A DNA stretch of 64,000 nucleotides. Origin: Hormiphora californensis. Lineage: Eukaryota; Animalia; Ctenophora. The position numbers and the translations under genes are program-made. Below are positions 1-14,716 of this stretch, piece by piece. The number at the start of each line of letters is the position of its first letter. Positions within the stretch are counted from its first letter, which is position 1. Under the pieces are notes generated by a model. It was not told where the DNA came from, made no database searches, and saw only the letters and a program-made list of their open reading frames with translations. Location: NCBI GenBank assembly GCA_020137815.1, contig CM035360.1, positions 5,022,001 to 5,086,000 of the forward strand, read 5' to 3'.

Positions 1-2017
1 AAACACCGGGAAGGGAGTTGCCATACAGAGAGGGGAATCAGGGAATTGGGAAATAAGGAAGGGTTCACACATTCACACAGGATTTCAGGACAATGTACAA
101 AGTTAAAAGATAGCTAAAATCTCAAAATGATTTAGAAGGAAAGGTATCTATAGCTCCGCAGGCGGGGAAACTTCACTTTTAGCTCAGTATGGCGGGGGAG
201 AGAAGTGATCGTTCTGCACTTAACTATAGATCATATCAATACGGTGGGTATATGGTTCTAATAATTTAAATGTATATAATTATATATTAATATGTACACG
301 CTGACCAAAATATTATTGTTGTTAAAACACATTGTACTTTTTTTTTGTGTTGTTAATATTATCATGGCTCTCCTCAAAAAATGTGCAAAATTGTTGTTGG
401 CTTTGTGCCAAATTAATCTAACCACTATTACCCAATCAGACAATATGATATGGGAAACATGGTCAAAAATATGTGAACAAATTTTATCCTTTAGCAGCCG
501 TTTTCGCTAACTGTTCGTGCAAATATATAGAGATCCAATACAAAACAACAGAGCCCTGTGAACACACGCACGCACACACACACGCACAGACATGTTGGCT
601 ACATGACTACTACCATTCTCAAAAAACAACATATTTGAAGCGTTAATAAATATTACAGCACCAGAAAATACCTTGATAATTATACACGTGCACACTCACA
701 CATACTAATTGTTGCAAATCTCTACTGTACTACACACACACGCGTTATCCCTCACGCAGAACTCTCTCACGCGTGAGTATAGGTGTGTGTGCGTGTGTAG
801 TACTGATAATTTCTACCCACATTGTTATATTATTAATATGTACAAATCACATCACCAATTTCACGTTATATAACCCTGCTTAGGTTTACACGTGTCACAC
901 GTGTAAACACATTATGAATATACCGTGGTATGGGGGTATAATGGGAGGGAGGGGATATGATTTATATATGGCGGGAGGGATGGGAGGGGGAATGAAAATG
1001 AAAAAAAAACAATATTTGCCACACAAATTACACATTTTGAAGGGATTTATATCGCAACACGGTTACACACATTACTTTTTAAAACTGGAAAAACTTCTCT
1101 CGTGATGGGAAGTGGGAGAAAATGGCACAGTTTGGAGTTTAGCACGTGCAAGTTACCGTGTGCTGGGAGATAGGAGAAATAAGTTAACGTAATTAAAAGG
1201 ATTGACACGTGTGTATAATGCACCTCGTAACAGACGGTTACTATGGTTACCACGCGTTACCAAGGATTACACACACGTGCTGGGAGAAAGGGAGAATGGG
1301 GGAAATATGTGTACATTATTATCGTGAATAATTTACATATATTACCCGCAAAGTTATTCGCTCTTTCTCTCACAAATCAGACACGAGGCACGCATTTTCT
1401 TCTATTTACACAATTATTAAAGCGTGCTCGATCTATATTCCAAAGTACAGTATTAGCTTGCAGCAGCAGTGCAGCAGCAGCAGCTTCGACATCAATTCTC
1501 ACTTTACACACTCACACACACTAGTGTGATATATCACTGCTTCTCTCACTCTACAAATCTACAAAAGAACACACAGTACAATACACCACAGCCCTAACAT
1601 GATACTGCACGTGTAGAACACACGTGATGTATCATGGTATACATGAGTCCAAGGTGATCCCTCATTATACTAACATATGAACGTTCACAGATATTCTAGA
1701 ATCGGGAATTAGATCCTCGTCACTACCACTGCACAAGTCACACACTCACAAACACACACAAGAGCGCTTGTTATAGCGCAAAAAATGGGGGGAAACAATC
1801 TTTGGGGGATATCGCGAATAGCCAATAAATTAGGGGAAAACCAAATTGGGTTATTGGGGGAAATAGTGAAAATAGTAGGGAGGGGGTGGTTTCTTACTCC
1901 TTGTCTTGTGGGAGAGAGAAAGTGATAGAGATAAGAGAACAAATTCAAGGTTAGAACCGTCTGAATTTCCCTCTTATCTCCACCTCTCCCTCTACCCACA
2001 CACATAATATTTCAAAC

Positions 2018-3853
2018 TTAAGCGAGTCCGCTAAATACAGGTAGCCTGGAACCACCACTCACAGCGGCCGCTGCTGCTGCAGCTCCTTGTCTGGTCGTCC
2101 AGGAACCCCTAGTTGACTGTACTGGCATGTTAGGGGTACCTCTCATCTGCTGCATAGAGGGATGGTGGATATAGGTCTGTTGCTGTTGCTGCTGCATGGC
2201 GGCCCTGTGTTGCTGTTGAAGCGCCCACCTGTAGGTAGCTAGGATGTCCTGGGGTTGCAGTTGGAGCAGCTGGAACTGCTCAGGGTTGACAACACCTCTT
2301 TGTTGGGGAGCCACTTGGGTGGGTGGTGGTGACGGGTGGAGTCCTTGGAACTGCTCGATGAAGATGGGGATCATTAACAGGGAATCCCTGCACCGGTGGG
2401 AGGCTGGTCCATTGTGGGTTGTTGGGGGACCATCTTGGTGGGCTGTTGTTGCTGCTGGTCGGGAGATGATCCCGCTGCTAGCTCCTCTTTTGGACCCGGG
2501 GTATGGACAAAGTGGCACCTCTTGCCGTAGGGACAGAATCCCTCCGTGTGGAAGGTCCGGCACATCTCCGTCTTGTATTTGGGGTGACGACACAGGGAGC
2601 GGAGTTCAGCGATTCCATGGGCAAATTGGCATTTCTCACTGTACTTGCAGGAACCGTACTCCTCGTATGCTCGACACAGCTCTGTCTTGTAGCGAGAAGA
2701 GTTGGATTGACGCAACCTGTAGGGAGGGAAGGGAGGGGTTAATATAATGATAGTGTGCCGCAGTTATTATAACCAATATATAGTCAAAATAATGTCGACA
2801 AAGTGATTGACAGAAGGTGATCTAAATACGGTGCGGTGTGCAATCCTTCTAGAATCTACTACTCTATATCTCAAACACCTCCCCCCAACCACGTAGTGTG
2901 TATCAAGACTCAAGATATAATCTCTCTCTCTTCTTCACGTTTTACTTCACGTACCCTTATTTGAGGAAAAAGAAGTTCTGCAGAGCAAGTCAGGTCTTTC
3001 TCTCTCTCTCCTTCAATCTCTTTTTCTATCTCCCTATTTGTATCTATCTTCCTCTCTCTATCTTTCTCTCTCTATCTTCCTCTCTCTATCTTTCTCTCTC
3101 TCCCTCTCTTTCTCGTCTCTCTCTCTTTCTCTCTCTCTTTTCCTCTCTTGGACCAGGAAGTGGGTGGGGTGGTGCAAGCCCACGGCAAGTGATCCCCCTC
3201 TTTCTCTCTCTTTCTATCTTATACAAAGTGTGTAATTTACGTAATAAATTGCCCCCCCCCCTTCTCTTTCTACTTTTTCGGTCTATATAATATATCTCTC
3301 TGTTCTCACCGCGGTGCAGCTATAACACTCTAGAGCGTGCCGGCGCGTGTAGGTATAACAAAGAATTGAGTAGAGCTGACCACAAAGTGCAGAGCTACTC
3401 TTAGAAACTCTACAGAGCTGCCAGAAGAACTAAAGGTCTACTCATCAAACGGTTCCTAGAGCTAGCCAAGAGCTTGCAGTATCTCAAAGTTTATTTCCAT
3501 GTCGCAACTTCATAAGCCTTCCCTAGAATATTCCATATACAATACATCAGACAATTATCGATTTACCGTACTATTACATCCCACAATAAACCAATCAAGT
3601 ACTTAGTTATTGAATCATCTAAACATACAATTATCTAAACATTAAGTCCAATTAGGGTTAATTACCTGCGGTGGTCATCAGGAGAGCCAGTAGAACCCGA
3701 GGAGGAGACAGAGGAGGAGAGCTGGTGGTGGTGGTGATGGTGGTCGGGTGGGGATCCTGGGCCACAACTGTAGGAGCTACTCTCAACGCTGCTCGTACTC
3801 CCGCACCTGTCCCGGGCTGACATCAAATGGTGTACTGGCATAAAGGAGGTCAT
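2018..3853 (-). CDS. ZFP36/TTP/TIS11-family tandem CCCH zinc-finger mRNA decay factor; exons 3853-3666 and 2716-2018, with a frame break near 2374-2430
   Basis: RYKTELC-x8-C-x5-C-x3-H and KYKTEMC-x8-C-x5-C-x3-H fingers. GT-AG intron 3665-2717 joins in frame (AG|G = Arg). C-terminal RLPVFSGLA resembles the TTP CNOT1-binding motif RLPIF but lies in a different frame. Confidence 0.9.
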
Positions 3854-4960
3854 GCTATAGAGGGAAAGAGACACGTGGTTAGAAACATGGAAATATATTG
3901 GGGGTTAGTTAAGAATTAACAAGTTATCAAAATATCGGGAATATATATTAGGTTGACAACGTTAGCCATGATCTACCCACATAAAACGCGAAGGTCAAAT
4001 ATAAAATACTAAATGGAATGGACATTGCAGAGTAAGATAAACTCGGAAGCTGGGGCACATGAGCACTTAGACGTTAGCGGTGTCTTCGTCACTATATATG
4101 GTAAGAAAAATTAACATTCTGTTAAATAACTCTTTGACACTTTGCAAAGTGCACATATGACGTGATTCTAGGCAGAGACAGAAAGAAAAATTGAGTGACT
4201 GAGGTAGGAATATATTACGTCTACAGCTACAATAGAAAATATTATGTGTCTTGGTTTTAACTATTAAACTATTTAAACTGCATCCTACGTGGCGGGTGGG
4301 GGGAAGCTATTTAAACCATCAAATAATGGAAGCCATGCTAGTTATATCATTGGCTATCTCGTTAGAGGCTTCTTCCGTGGAGTCTGCGTCACAGAAATCG
4401 TCTTGGTTATTTTAGGACGGTTACCAAGTCTCAGACTCAGACAAGTTAGGAAGAGGGGGAGAGATAAGAGCATATATGTGACGCATATTGTAATGCTTTC
4501 AAGCCGGGATTTCATAACTAACACATTAGACAGAGGGAGAAAGAAGTTCGAGACCTTTGTATTTAACTAGAGTACGCCATACGGTCTAATTTACGGTGGA
4601 ATATGGTCATGACAAAACATTGTACGACCATGAAAACAGCATGATAAAACTCGATAGTTTTAATAAATACGACAAAGTTTTGATAATATTTGTTATGAAC
4701 TCTCTGATCGCGTGAAAACAACACTGGGAACCTTCTAGAACTACTCAACAGCTGTTGGACATTAAAACATGTGCAGTAACCTATAAACACACACACTGTG
4801 CTACGTAATACTGTTAGTACTATTAAATATGTGTAACACATAGCTTAAACCCGCAAGACTCCTAAAAATAAAGGTTAAATACCCTACTGCGGGATGTGTG
4901 AGTGTGCGGTTGTGAAATGAGCACGTGAGGCCTCGCGAGATGGACAGAAGGGCTGGTGGG

Positions 4961-4962
<2 letters not shown>

Positions 4963-5024
<62 letters not shown>

Positions 5025-5028
5025 AGAG

Positions 5029-5104
<76 letters not shown>
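4963..5104. repeat. compound (GT)n-(AG)n microsatellite; representative of many AG/CT tracts (e.g. 8890-8944, 9092-9207, 14335-14710, 19130-19220, 21580-21710, 28720-29168, 30535-30635)
   Basis: Directly visible dinucleotide runs; these generate the SLSL/RERE junk ORFs. Confidence 0.95.
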
Positions 5105-5108
<4 letters not shown>

Positions 5109-5438
5109 TGAGAGAATTATGAATGCTTTTGTTCATAGCACAACGTCAATAGGATGATACAAAGGAAATATGAAAGGTCGTCGAATGCCGGCCTCTTCCC
5201 TAACAACTCACGGTAGCTGAATTCTAAGTAGCTTCTTCTAGAAGGATCAAGGTGGAGAGAAAAGTAACAAAATATGTCCATGAGTAGTAAAATATGAAGA
5301 GATCAAAGTGGCTAAGGGAGTGACTTCAGGTATATATTGCGGTTACTAACAATTCGAGCCAGCACGTGCCACTCTGTGTAACTATACTCATGTCACATTT
5401 ACATTGTTACTACTCATGGTAACTATTGAGGTTACATG

Positions 5439-6326
5439 TTAACCCTTTGAGACCGATAGGGTCACCAGTGACCCCACGCTAATTATGCATCTAGCGTCTG
5501 TCCGAACTAAATCTAAGAAGTTTAAATGGTTTTCCGGGTTAGAATAGACACTTTTTGGCTGTTTTTGGGGTCATTTTAAGCTTTGAACATCTTAGTTTAC
5601 TAGAAATGCCAACTCTAAGCCATAAAAGTTGAAATTTTGGTGTAAAGTTGGCCATATCTCTAAAACGGTATAAGTAAGCCAATAATGGACCTACAAATCA
5701 AAAGAAAACCATAGGTTTTACCCCGGTATGAAGTTTCGTGATGATTTGATCAAATTTACAACGCTCAGAGGGCAAATAATGCCGGGGTCACCAGTGACCC
5801 TATCGTCCCCTAACGCTAATATAGAAATTTGGATTTTACGTGCATTTCTAAAGGATTGGCCACCGATAAAGGTCTAAAACGGCATTTTTCAAACGGGTGC
5901 TAGCGACTAACCGACTCCATCAGTGTTATCTATACATCTTAGAGAGTCGCTGAAAAATTTTTTGAGATTCGTGCTCCTTCATAAAAGTTTTCATCTCGGC
6001 CAATTTGAAATTCTAAAATCGGCTACAGATGAGATACAGAAGTCCATAGGGTGTGTAAAATGTGCAAAACGGCCGGGTTTATATAAGTGTTATGAAGAAA
6101 CATAGGGTCTAAGATGAGCGGTTTTCGAGTTATGAGGCAAAATAGCTACGAAATCTCAATTGTTTGCATTCCATTTGAGACCGATAGGGTCACTGGTGAC
6201 CCCACAGAAACAAAGTTCGTAGAGACGAGTTTTTTGGTTCTGCTTTCAAGTAGGCTTGTTAGGAGTGTCTCCAGCAATTTTCAGATATTTCTGTCGATGG
6301 CGCCACTATCGGTCCCAAAGGGTTAA
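5439..6326. mobile_element. piggyBac-like non-autonomous element (MITE)
   Basis: TTAA at both ends. TIR CCCTTTGAGACCGATAG / CTATCGGTCCCAAAGGG (1 mismatch). Internal copies of the subterminal GGGTCACCAGTGACCC motif at ~5785 and ~6188. Confidence 0.85.
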
Positions 6327-6955
6327 GATCTCTTGAAAAGTAACGATCCAATAATACCATTTTATTTTCCTTTTCTCCTTTCCCCTCAGCTCTGTCAACT
6401 ATCTCCCTGTCTCTCTGTCTTTTTCTCTCTATTATATATCACTCTTTCATATTTTTCACATGACCTCACCCTCTCTACAATCTAGAAATGAAAATACCAG
6501 ATGGGCTAATAATATGTGTATATCAGTTTCGCATGGGAACAAACTTTAAACAACTCCTGGTGTTGTTAGAGGGGAATTGATGTGTTATTATTGATCCAAT
6601 AAGATGGGGAATTGAGGTGAAGCAACTTGATCAATAACAACACATAATGAGTTATAACATGGGGTGATGGGGTGTATCAAATGAACAAACTGGCAGATTT
6701 AAAAAGGAGAATTGGGACCTGTCTCTTGAGATATAGATCAGAGTTCTCGAGAATCAGAGAGACAAAGAGAGATGTAGAGAGAGAGGTAGAAATTTTAACA
6801 AGCTACCTAAAAATCAAAGAGATTTCTATGAGTGTAAGACCCGGGATCAAATGGAGATAGAATGCTAGAGAGACATGTTATAGCTTGACGAATTCATAGG
6901 AAGCAGATGGAGATAAAAAGACAAAATATAATAGTCTGATTCAGAAGAAATGAAG

Positions 6956-7038
6956 ATCAAAATGATAGACTCTATCTCTTAAAGAAATATCAAAATGATA
7001 GACTCTCTGTATTAAAGTAAGATCAAAATGATAGACTC
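6956..7038. repeat. short tandem repeat, ~33-bp period, core ATCAAAATGATAGACTC x3
   Basis: Three visible copies. Confidence 0.8.
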
Positions 7039-8887
7039 CCAAGATCAAAGTCTAGGCAGCACCAGATATTATGCGAGGACACCCACCGAGAACTGGTTTC
7101 CAGCTCACACATATCGCGTGACTCCCACTCTTCACTGCCAGAATAAAACGACTGCCGTGATGGCACAATAAACCAGCCTGGGCATGACAGACCACTGTCG
7201 CGGCCAGCACGTGCAAAACCCTGAAACACTGTCAGACTGGAAAATATATTGGGAAATGTTCGGGCATGTTTCAAGATGATATCCACAAGAAATAGATTCG
7301 ATAAAATTACAAATATATCAGATCTTAGAAAGGTTGTGAACATGTGTTAATCAAAACACGATACGTGCGTAACGACCAAACATAGTCCGGGTAACATAAC
7401 ACATCTCTCATGACACGTCAAATGCAGTCATTCACTTTCAATACGGGTGAGACAAATGGCCGGAAAGTTTTTAACTTCCTTCTAACTCTCAGTGAGTGTT
7501 CTAAAAATAGTCCCCACACTGTACCCGGAAACTGTACCTGCACCTCTCGAACCCCCCTCATTACAAGGTGTGGTGAATATCTCTCACGCGTACGTTCTCT
7601 TTGTATCTTGTAGATTTTACAGCAACATTCATCCATATCTCTCTCTCTCCGGCCTCTCTTACTCTCCCTCGCTTTCTGGGTACTTCACCGCTTCGCTCAC
7701 ACTTCCTCGAACTGACCAGAAAAGAAGGGTCTAGAAGGAGCGAGGGAGAGAGAAAGAGAAGGATATATCTCCCTTTCTTTCTTCTAGAGAGAGAGAGAGC
7801 GAGATAGTGAGAAAGCGATCGAAAAAGAACGGCTGTTCAATGAATGAAAGTCATGGCCAGCTAGTGCAAATTACGGATATACCTACCTACTTACATGCTG
7901 TGCCCCCTCTCATGTGAGTGGTAGAGCCATTTCTCTCTCTCTCTCTCTCTCTCCCTTTTCTCTCTCGCTCTCTCTCTCCTTCTCTCGCTCTGGCTTTCTC
8001 TCTCCATCTCTCTCACTCTCACTTTCTCTCTCGCTCTCTCACTAACGGAAATGAAACCAACGGCACAACGCCTATCGTAATGAAGCAACTGGGATAAGAG
8101 AAAGAAAGGAAAATCGATAGCTCCCCAAGTGTGTGGATATTTATTCCATGTTTACGATATATTCACCGTAATCAGTTGATCACGTATAAATACTGGTCCA
8201 GTCAGTCTAGAATCACCCGTATATTGTTGTTTCGTATGACGCATTATATTCTATTTTGACTTGGTTTTAAAAACGAAAATATCATACCCAACCGATTGGT
8301 AGAGATCTGTCAAAACGTTTTTAAAACCAGCTGCTGACATCTAGATAAAATACGTCCGATTTAGGTCATTCGCTGGATTTGTTTACATTTCAAGCTTTTA
8401 ACATCAATCACATTAAATCATGTAAGCACGCATTCCGATCGAGTGATCTGGCTTTGCCAAACAATCCATGGTGGCTTGAGTTGACAAAATGATGCCAAAA
8501 AGCCAAAGAGCCAAACAAACAAACCAAAAATTCGGAAAATAAGCTAAAAACAACATAATTTAAAAATGGTACCTAACAATTATAATAAACCCAGCTAATC
8601 AACAGACATAATATAGGCATCAATCGGGAAATCAAATGGAAACAACAAATCTAAACGAAACCTATAGCGTCACGATTCACTGCTATCTAATTACCATACC
8701 CACACAATAGGACCGTGATATGGAGATTTGCCTGCGTGTGGAAGGACCCCTGAGGGTCCCCGTCAATTGGCCGGACTGCTTCTGGCGTGTGGCAGAATAT
8801 AGCATGGTGGCGGGGGCCCCTCATTAGTGAAATCGCCCTCTAGGTAGGAGCGGTTAGAGATACTTACTTAGGGGTAAGTAGGGAAAT

Positions 8888-8948
<61 letters not shown>

Positions 8949-9087
8949 CACCGCGATCACCAGAAATCACCCACACATTAGAGAATACACACATGTGCAC
9001 ATTGAATGCTTGCGATACTGCACCACACCCTATAGTCTATAGATACACACATGTCTACTCATGTAACAGCTGTAGTAATAATCAGCA

Positions 9088-9209
<122 letters not shown>

Positions 9210-9733
9210 ACCCACACACCTATGAGTCACGCTTAGAAACACGGCTAGTCTGTCACACATGACACTAGGCGCAGTCAATTCATCACAAATAAATCAAGAG
9301 ACCTCGATACAACTTTCAAAAAGAAAAAATTCTTTAGAGACAATGGGAGTGCAACGTTATCGGCCGATATCGAATACAGATCTCCATCTGCCTGATGCAA
9401 TATTTTTCAAAAAACAAAGAACAGAGCAGAATGATATGAGAAGATAGCAAGATTTAGTGAGAGATGATCCATACAATCCTCATCACAAGATGGCTCACGC
9501 CTTTTCTCTCACGGAAAGCAAGAAAGAGAGAGAGCTAGAGATTGAGAGAGCGAGAAGCAAATCGGTGTTCATCTGGGTTGCAGTAAAAACAGGCAATCGT
9601 GGCCTTGCTGTAAGGGTGGGTAAGAAAGATAGGTAGAAAGAGAGACATCGGATAGTAGAGAAGATCTTTTCCTGTTGCACGGCCACTGTGAAGAGAGGAG
9701 GAGATAGAAAGAGAGATAGAGAGAGAGAGAGAA

Positions 9734-9802
<69 letters not shown>

Positions 9803-11859
9803 ACGTGGTGCATACATCTGCTCCTGACCATACGATCACATGGCTGTTACACATGATGCAGTAGTGGGTATTGGAGCGTATAATAATACAAGTGCTGTAC
9901 ACCACTGCTGCAAATTCTTGGAGTGATATTATACAGCCCAACAGCATATAATATGCTGTTGGAATGTAAAACATAGGATAAAAATGTCAGTATCCTCAAT
10001 ATTTATGCCTCAATATTTGATACTCGATCGTCTTCAAATAATTCAACACTCACAAAATAAAGATTTAGAAAACGAACGACCACAATGAAAAGAAACCATG
10101 CTGATCATTTAGTAACGAATTAAATCTATTTTTGACAAAATTAGGCGAGTTTTTAGCGCTAAGAAAACATTTCTTCTCTCACATCTGAGTAGATTTATCT
10201 CTCACGTGGGGGTGTGGGTGATCTCACATGGGGAAAGCAAAACGAATTTCTCTACTGATAATATATGTTGTACCCTATAATACTACTCATGTGAGAGAGA
10301 AGCTTATATTGGAACGACTTGGCTGCCCGATAAAAGCAGCTGAGTCTCATGATACATTAAGGTAATTTTCATTTTCATTTTATTTACATTCACGTTGCCA
10401 GCTCAACATGTTCGAAACCCACCTTACCCAATCGCAGTTGCTATTTTTAGTAAAATCTATGTAGTCTCGTTGGAACGTAACATAACTTCAAACACATACT
10501 AAGCTGTAGGAGGGAAAGGTCTCAGGTTAGTCGAAAGTTTAAATCTGAAATTGAAATCACATCATGTTCGAAGTTCAACGAGAGTTATGGTCAATTTTTA
10601 AGTAAGATTCTTACTAAGAAGTGTCAGTTATAAAAATAAACTTGATCCTTTACGAAAGTATTTTTCTTCAGAACACAACGTACAGCATGCCAAAACGAGA
10701 ACAAGTTATGCACTCTCAAAACAGAGAATGCTTGCAGTCAAATCTCAGAATGCAAAAGCTCCGAAAGAAAAACAAAGATTTGACACAGACCTGACTTCAC
10801 TAAACTACGTGAGACTAGAACTGATCTTATCACAACTGGAGGGTGTGGGGTATTATATCGCTACGTGATAACTCCATGGTGACCTCATCTGCAGTGCCAA
10901 CAAGTACGAAGAAAGAGAGAAGGATGGTATTATGCATATACCACTGAAAGATAGAGCAGCTGTGTTTCGTTATGCACTACAGAGGAAGAGAACGCTCAGA
11001 TTTACGTCACTAAAATAGAGATAGAGAGAGATTGAGTGAGAATAGAAGGAGTTGAGGGGATACGAGCTTCATACAAATAGTATATCTTAGAACATGATGT
11101 AATATCGCGTAACCATGACAACTCACACTACACAGTGTGTGGTTGGTACCATGACAAGAAAACCACGCGTGGGATAAAGTGGTTAGCTAGTTGCTGAAAA
11201 GGGGGGCATGCTAGGGCATGCATATAACTGGTTACCTAGGTAACCACCCGCAGTAACGCACATTATATGAGTGGACGCAGCTGACAGCAAGGGGAAGAGA
11301 GGAAGGGAGAGATAGGGAGAAGAAAAAAGAATTTACCAGTTTACTAGTTTTGATCAAATACAGCTAAATCAAGAAATGTCGCATTTGACAGTTTTAGTGT
11401 TACAACACCATGCGATCGCACAAAACATCAGTACGCCATTTTATATGCGTCTTGAATGGTGAGACAATTGAGAGAGAGGGTCGAGCGAGCAAGGCAACCA
11501 CATAATCGACAACAAAGAACTTAGAAAATAGGTCCTGCTGTATTTCTACACAGATCAATGATATAGTGAGCTAATGTTGTACAACGTGAATATAGTGGTG
11601 TCTATTACATTGAATAACAGTATCAAGAGCAAAAGTACTTTGATGTTTGAGAACTGGAGAATGAGAAATAGCTACACAGATAAAGGGGCCGAAAACTAAG
11701 GGCATCCTAGCGATTGAAGGGTGCGTTCGAACTCCAGCTTTTATTTCGTCTAGTCGAGAAGCCCTAACCTAGCTACGCCTTTACCAGGCCGGGAAAAGGA
11801 ATCTCTATGGTCCCATCCCTTAATCTCAACCATTGTGGAGACGGCCTCAAAGAAGAAGA

Positions 11860-12018
11860 ACCTAGCTACGCCCCCTTATACAGATCCTTCTTTTTAGTTT
11901 GCCGCGTCGTCCAGCAGGGAATATTTCAACCTTGAGCCCTAAGGTTGAAATATTCCCTGCTGAACGACGCGGCAAACTAAAAAGAGGGATCTGCTATAAT
12001 AAGGGGGCGTAGCTAGGT
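11860..12018. repeat. ~160-bp palindrome / hairpin MITE
   Basis: Arms ACCTAGCTACGCCCCCTTAT...CAACCTT and AAGGTTG...GGGCGTAGCTAGGT around a 7-nt loop GAGCCCT; few mismatches. Confidence 0.85.
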
Positions 12019-13183
12019 CCTATAACCATCAGTCATTAGGAGTGTACTGTGGTCCACAATAACAATAACTCCAAAGCCTAAATAGTAGGTAACTCTATCT
12101 GTTCTCTATTTTCTAGATAGAGATAGGCTTTCTTCTAATTTGTTTTTTTGTTCTCTCCCCTTAGTTCCACTATATATCTCTCTCCCATCTATATCATTCT
12201 GGCATTGGTCCAGGTCTGGCAGGGTATAGGATTTCACTTTATAATTGTTAGAGAGGGTGGGGTGGTGGTCAGGGTAATTTGATGGGGCCATGGATTCTAA
12301 CAAAATCAAGAGATGACCCCCAGCAGCGTCGAGAAGAGAACTTTCTACTCACAAAAGCAAAACAAAGATCGAGCTCACATGGGATACGTGTGTGTTATGA
12401 TAGCTTAGGCGTCATGAGTTCTGATCCATCCCTCTCTCTCCCTCTCTCTATCTCTCGCTCTGGATATAAATTATGAAAACTCGACGAGTTTGTCATATTT
12501 GCAGAGGGAGGGAGAGATTGAGGTAGGACTTCGCGGGGCAAAGGGAAAAGAGGGTTATATTTCTCACTAAAGTCACTACTCTCTGAGCTCTTACAACCTT
12601 GTTATTCAATGAATCATTGACAAGGGTCACCGTTTTACCCCAAATGTGGGGGTTAACTCACAATGTGTGAGGTCATGGGGTAATGAGATGAGGGGGGCAA
12701 GTCATAGGCCCACTTATAACGATGATCGGAGGAGAGAGAGAAGAGAGAGAGGCAGTGAAAGAGAGAGGGATCAGAAAGATTGGGAGTGTAGGAGGCAGCT
12801 GTTACTCATACAGATAGAGGTACACAACATAGAACACAACATATGCCTGTATCGGTAAATAATGTACAAAATATTGGAAGATAGAATAAAATATCAATCA
12901 TGAGAAGGATGGATAGATGGATTGAAGAAGAGAACGATGGAAAAAGAGAGAGATTGACAGAGAAAAGAAATAGATAGAGAGAACCAGTGTCAGTATAGAG
13001 AAGCCAGCCAAGCGAAACTCATCAAAGGTCATTAAATTAAGGAGCACGCACAGGACGTGAGGGAACACCCGCTAGAGAGAGAGGGATAGGGAGAGTGAGT
13101 GAGAGAGATAGAGAGAGAGAGGGATAGAGATAGAGAGAGAGGGGAATAGAGATACAAAGATAGAGAGAGAGAGAGAGATAGAT

Positions 13184-13236
<53 letters not shown>

Positions 13237-14331
13237 TATATATAGAACAGGGAGGAGGCATTGTGGAGTGAAGACCTGATGAAATGTCAACTAATTACCA
13301 ATTCTGAGTTCTGACATGTTAACAAGCTGCTAAAGAGAACTATAAACACACCCTGAACACACCCTAAATTAGCTGATACAAGACCTATACTTATTATTAC
13401 TGGCGCTGGAAATATTACTAGTGTTGTTTTGTTCAAACCCTTCAAACCCGGGGCGCGGGGATGGAGGGTCGAACAAGGCAATACTAGTGCCTAGTGGTGG
13501 ATGTGAACTGTGAAAGTGGTGATGGTGATGATGATGGCGTGGTGGTCCAAAAAGGCCTAATAAATATTAAATTTCTTATATTACGGTCGTCATGAATGTT
13601 CATAATATAGCGGAGTCGAAATGACTCTAGAGCATATTTACCGTACATTGCTGCAGCACCTGTCACCTCTCTCTCTCTCTCTCACTCTTCTCTCTCTCTC
13701 CTTCTCTCACTCACTCGCACTAATTTGCTCCAGTCTCCACATATGACATCCAAATATTCTGAATTCCGACTCATCATCACTTAATCTATTATTACAGGGT
13801 ATCCATTAGGGAATCACATTAGTGAGTGCATAGTATACTGACATAACACACCCGAGAAAGATGGATAGGAGCGATGTGTATAATATAGTTGCCATATGCA
13901 AGAGGAAGCTATGTGTGAGAGGCAATTGATGGAGGCAATTGTTCGAGTAATAGCGGAGCCCCCTCCTAGTAATAGCTGCTGAGGGGGTGGCATTGTAAGA
14001 GGTGACATTGTGTATTGGACAGAGAGGGGGAGGGGGTCACAGTGACAAAGGCAAGCAAGAACTCCAAATGGCTAGGTGGCAATTTATTTTCCTCGACAGG
14101 ACAGCATTTTGCAAGAGCTGCTACTAAGAAGAGACCTCCATGTGGTCGTATGAATTACAGGCCATGTCACTGAGGCACTATATATCGAATAGCATACCTT
14201 TACTATTTTTCGTTGTTTTATGCCTACAAAAGATCTCTGGGCTAGGGCTTCAGCGGAAAAGAACAGTCGAAGAACGCGAATGTCAAGCGACTGGGATACC
14301 GTGGATATAGAAGCCTCATGGTTAAACACAT

Positions 14332-14426
<95 letters not shown>

Positions 14427-14542
14427 CCTCCGTTTCAGGCAGTGATAGGACAGGGGAGATATAGGTCGTGTTGCCACGCGTCATGACCCGTCAAAGGCCG
14501 TGTTATCAACTTGTCAGGGATAACAAAAGAGTTCCGGAAGAA

Positions 14543-14657
<115 letters not shown>

Positions 14658-14672
14658 AGAGAGAGGGGAGAG

Positions 14673-14716
<44 letters not shown>

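Noticed and set aside
2244-2747. Plus-strand ORFs over ZFP36 (and similar ones over eIF4H and PDIA6)
   Set aside because: Antisense shadows of GC-rich coding sequence.
11685-11742. tRNA-like B-box GTTCGAACTCC followed by TTTT (also GTTCGAATCCC ~21950)
   Set aside because: No A-box or cloverleaf could be built.
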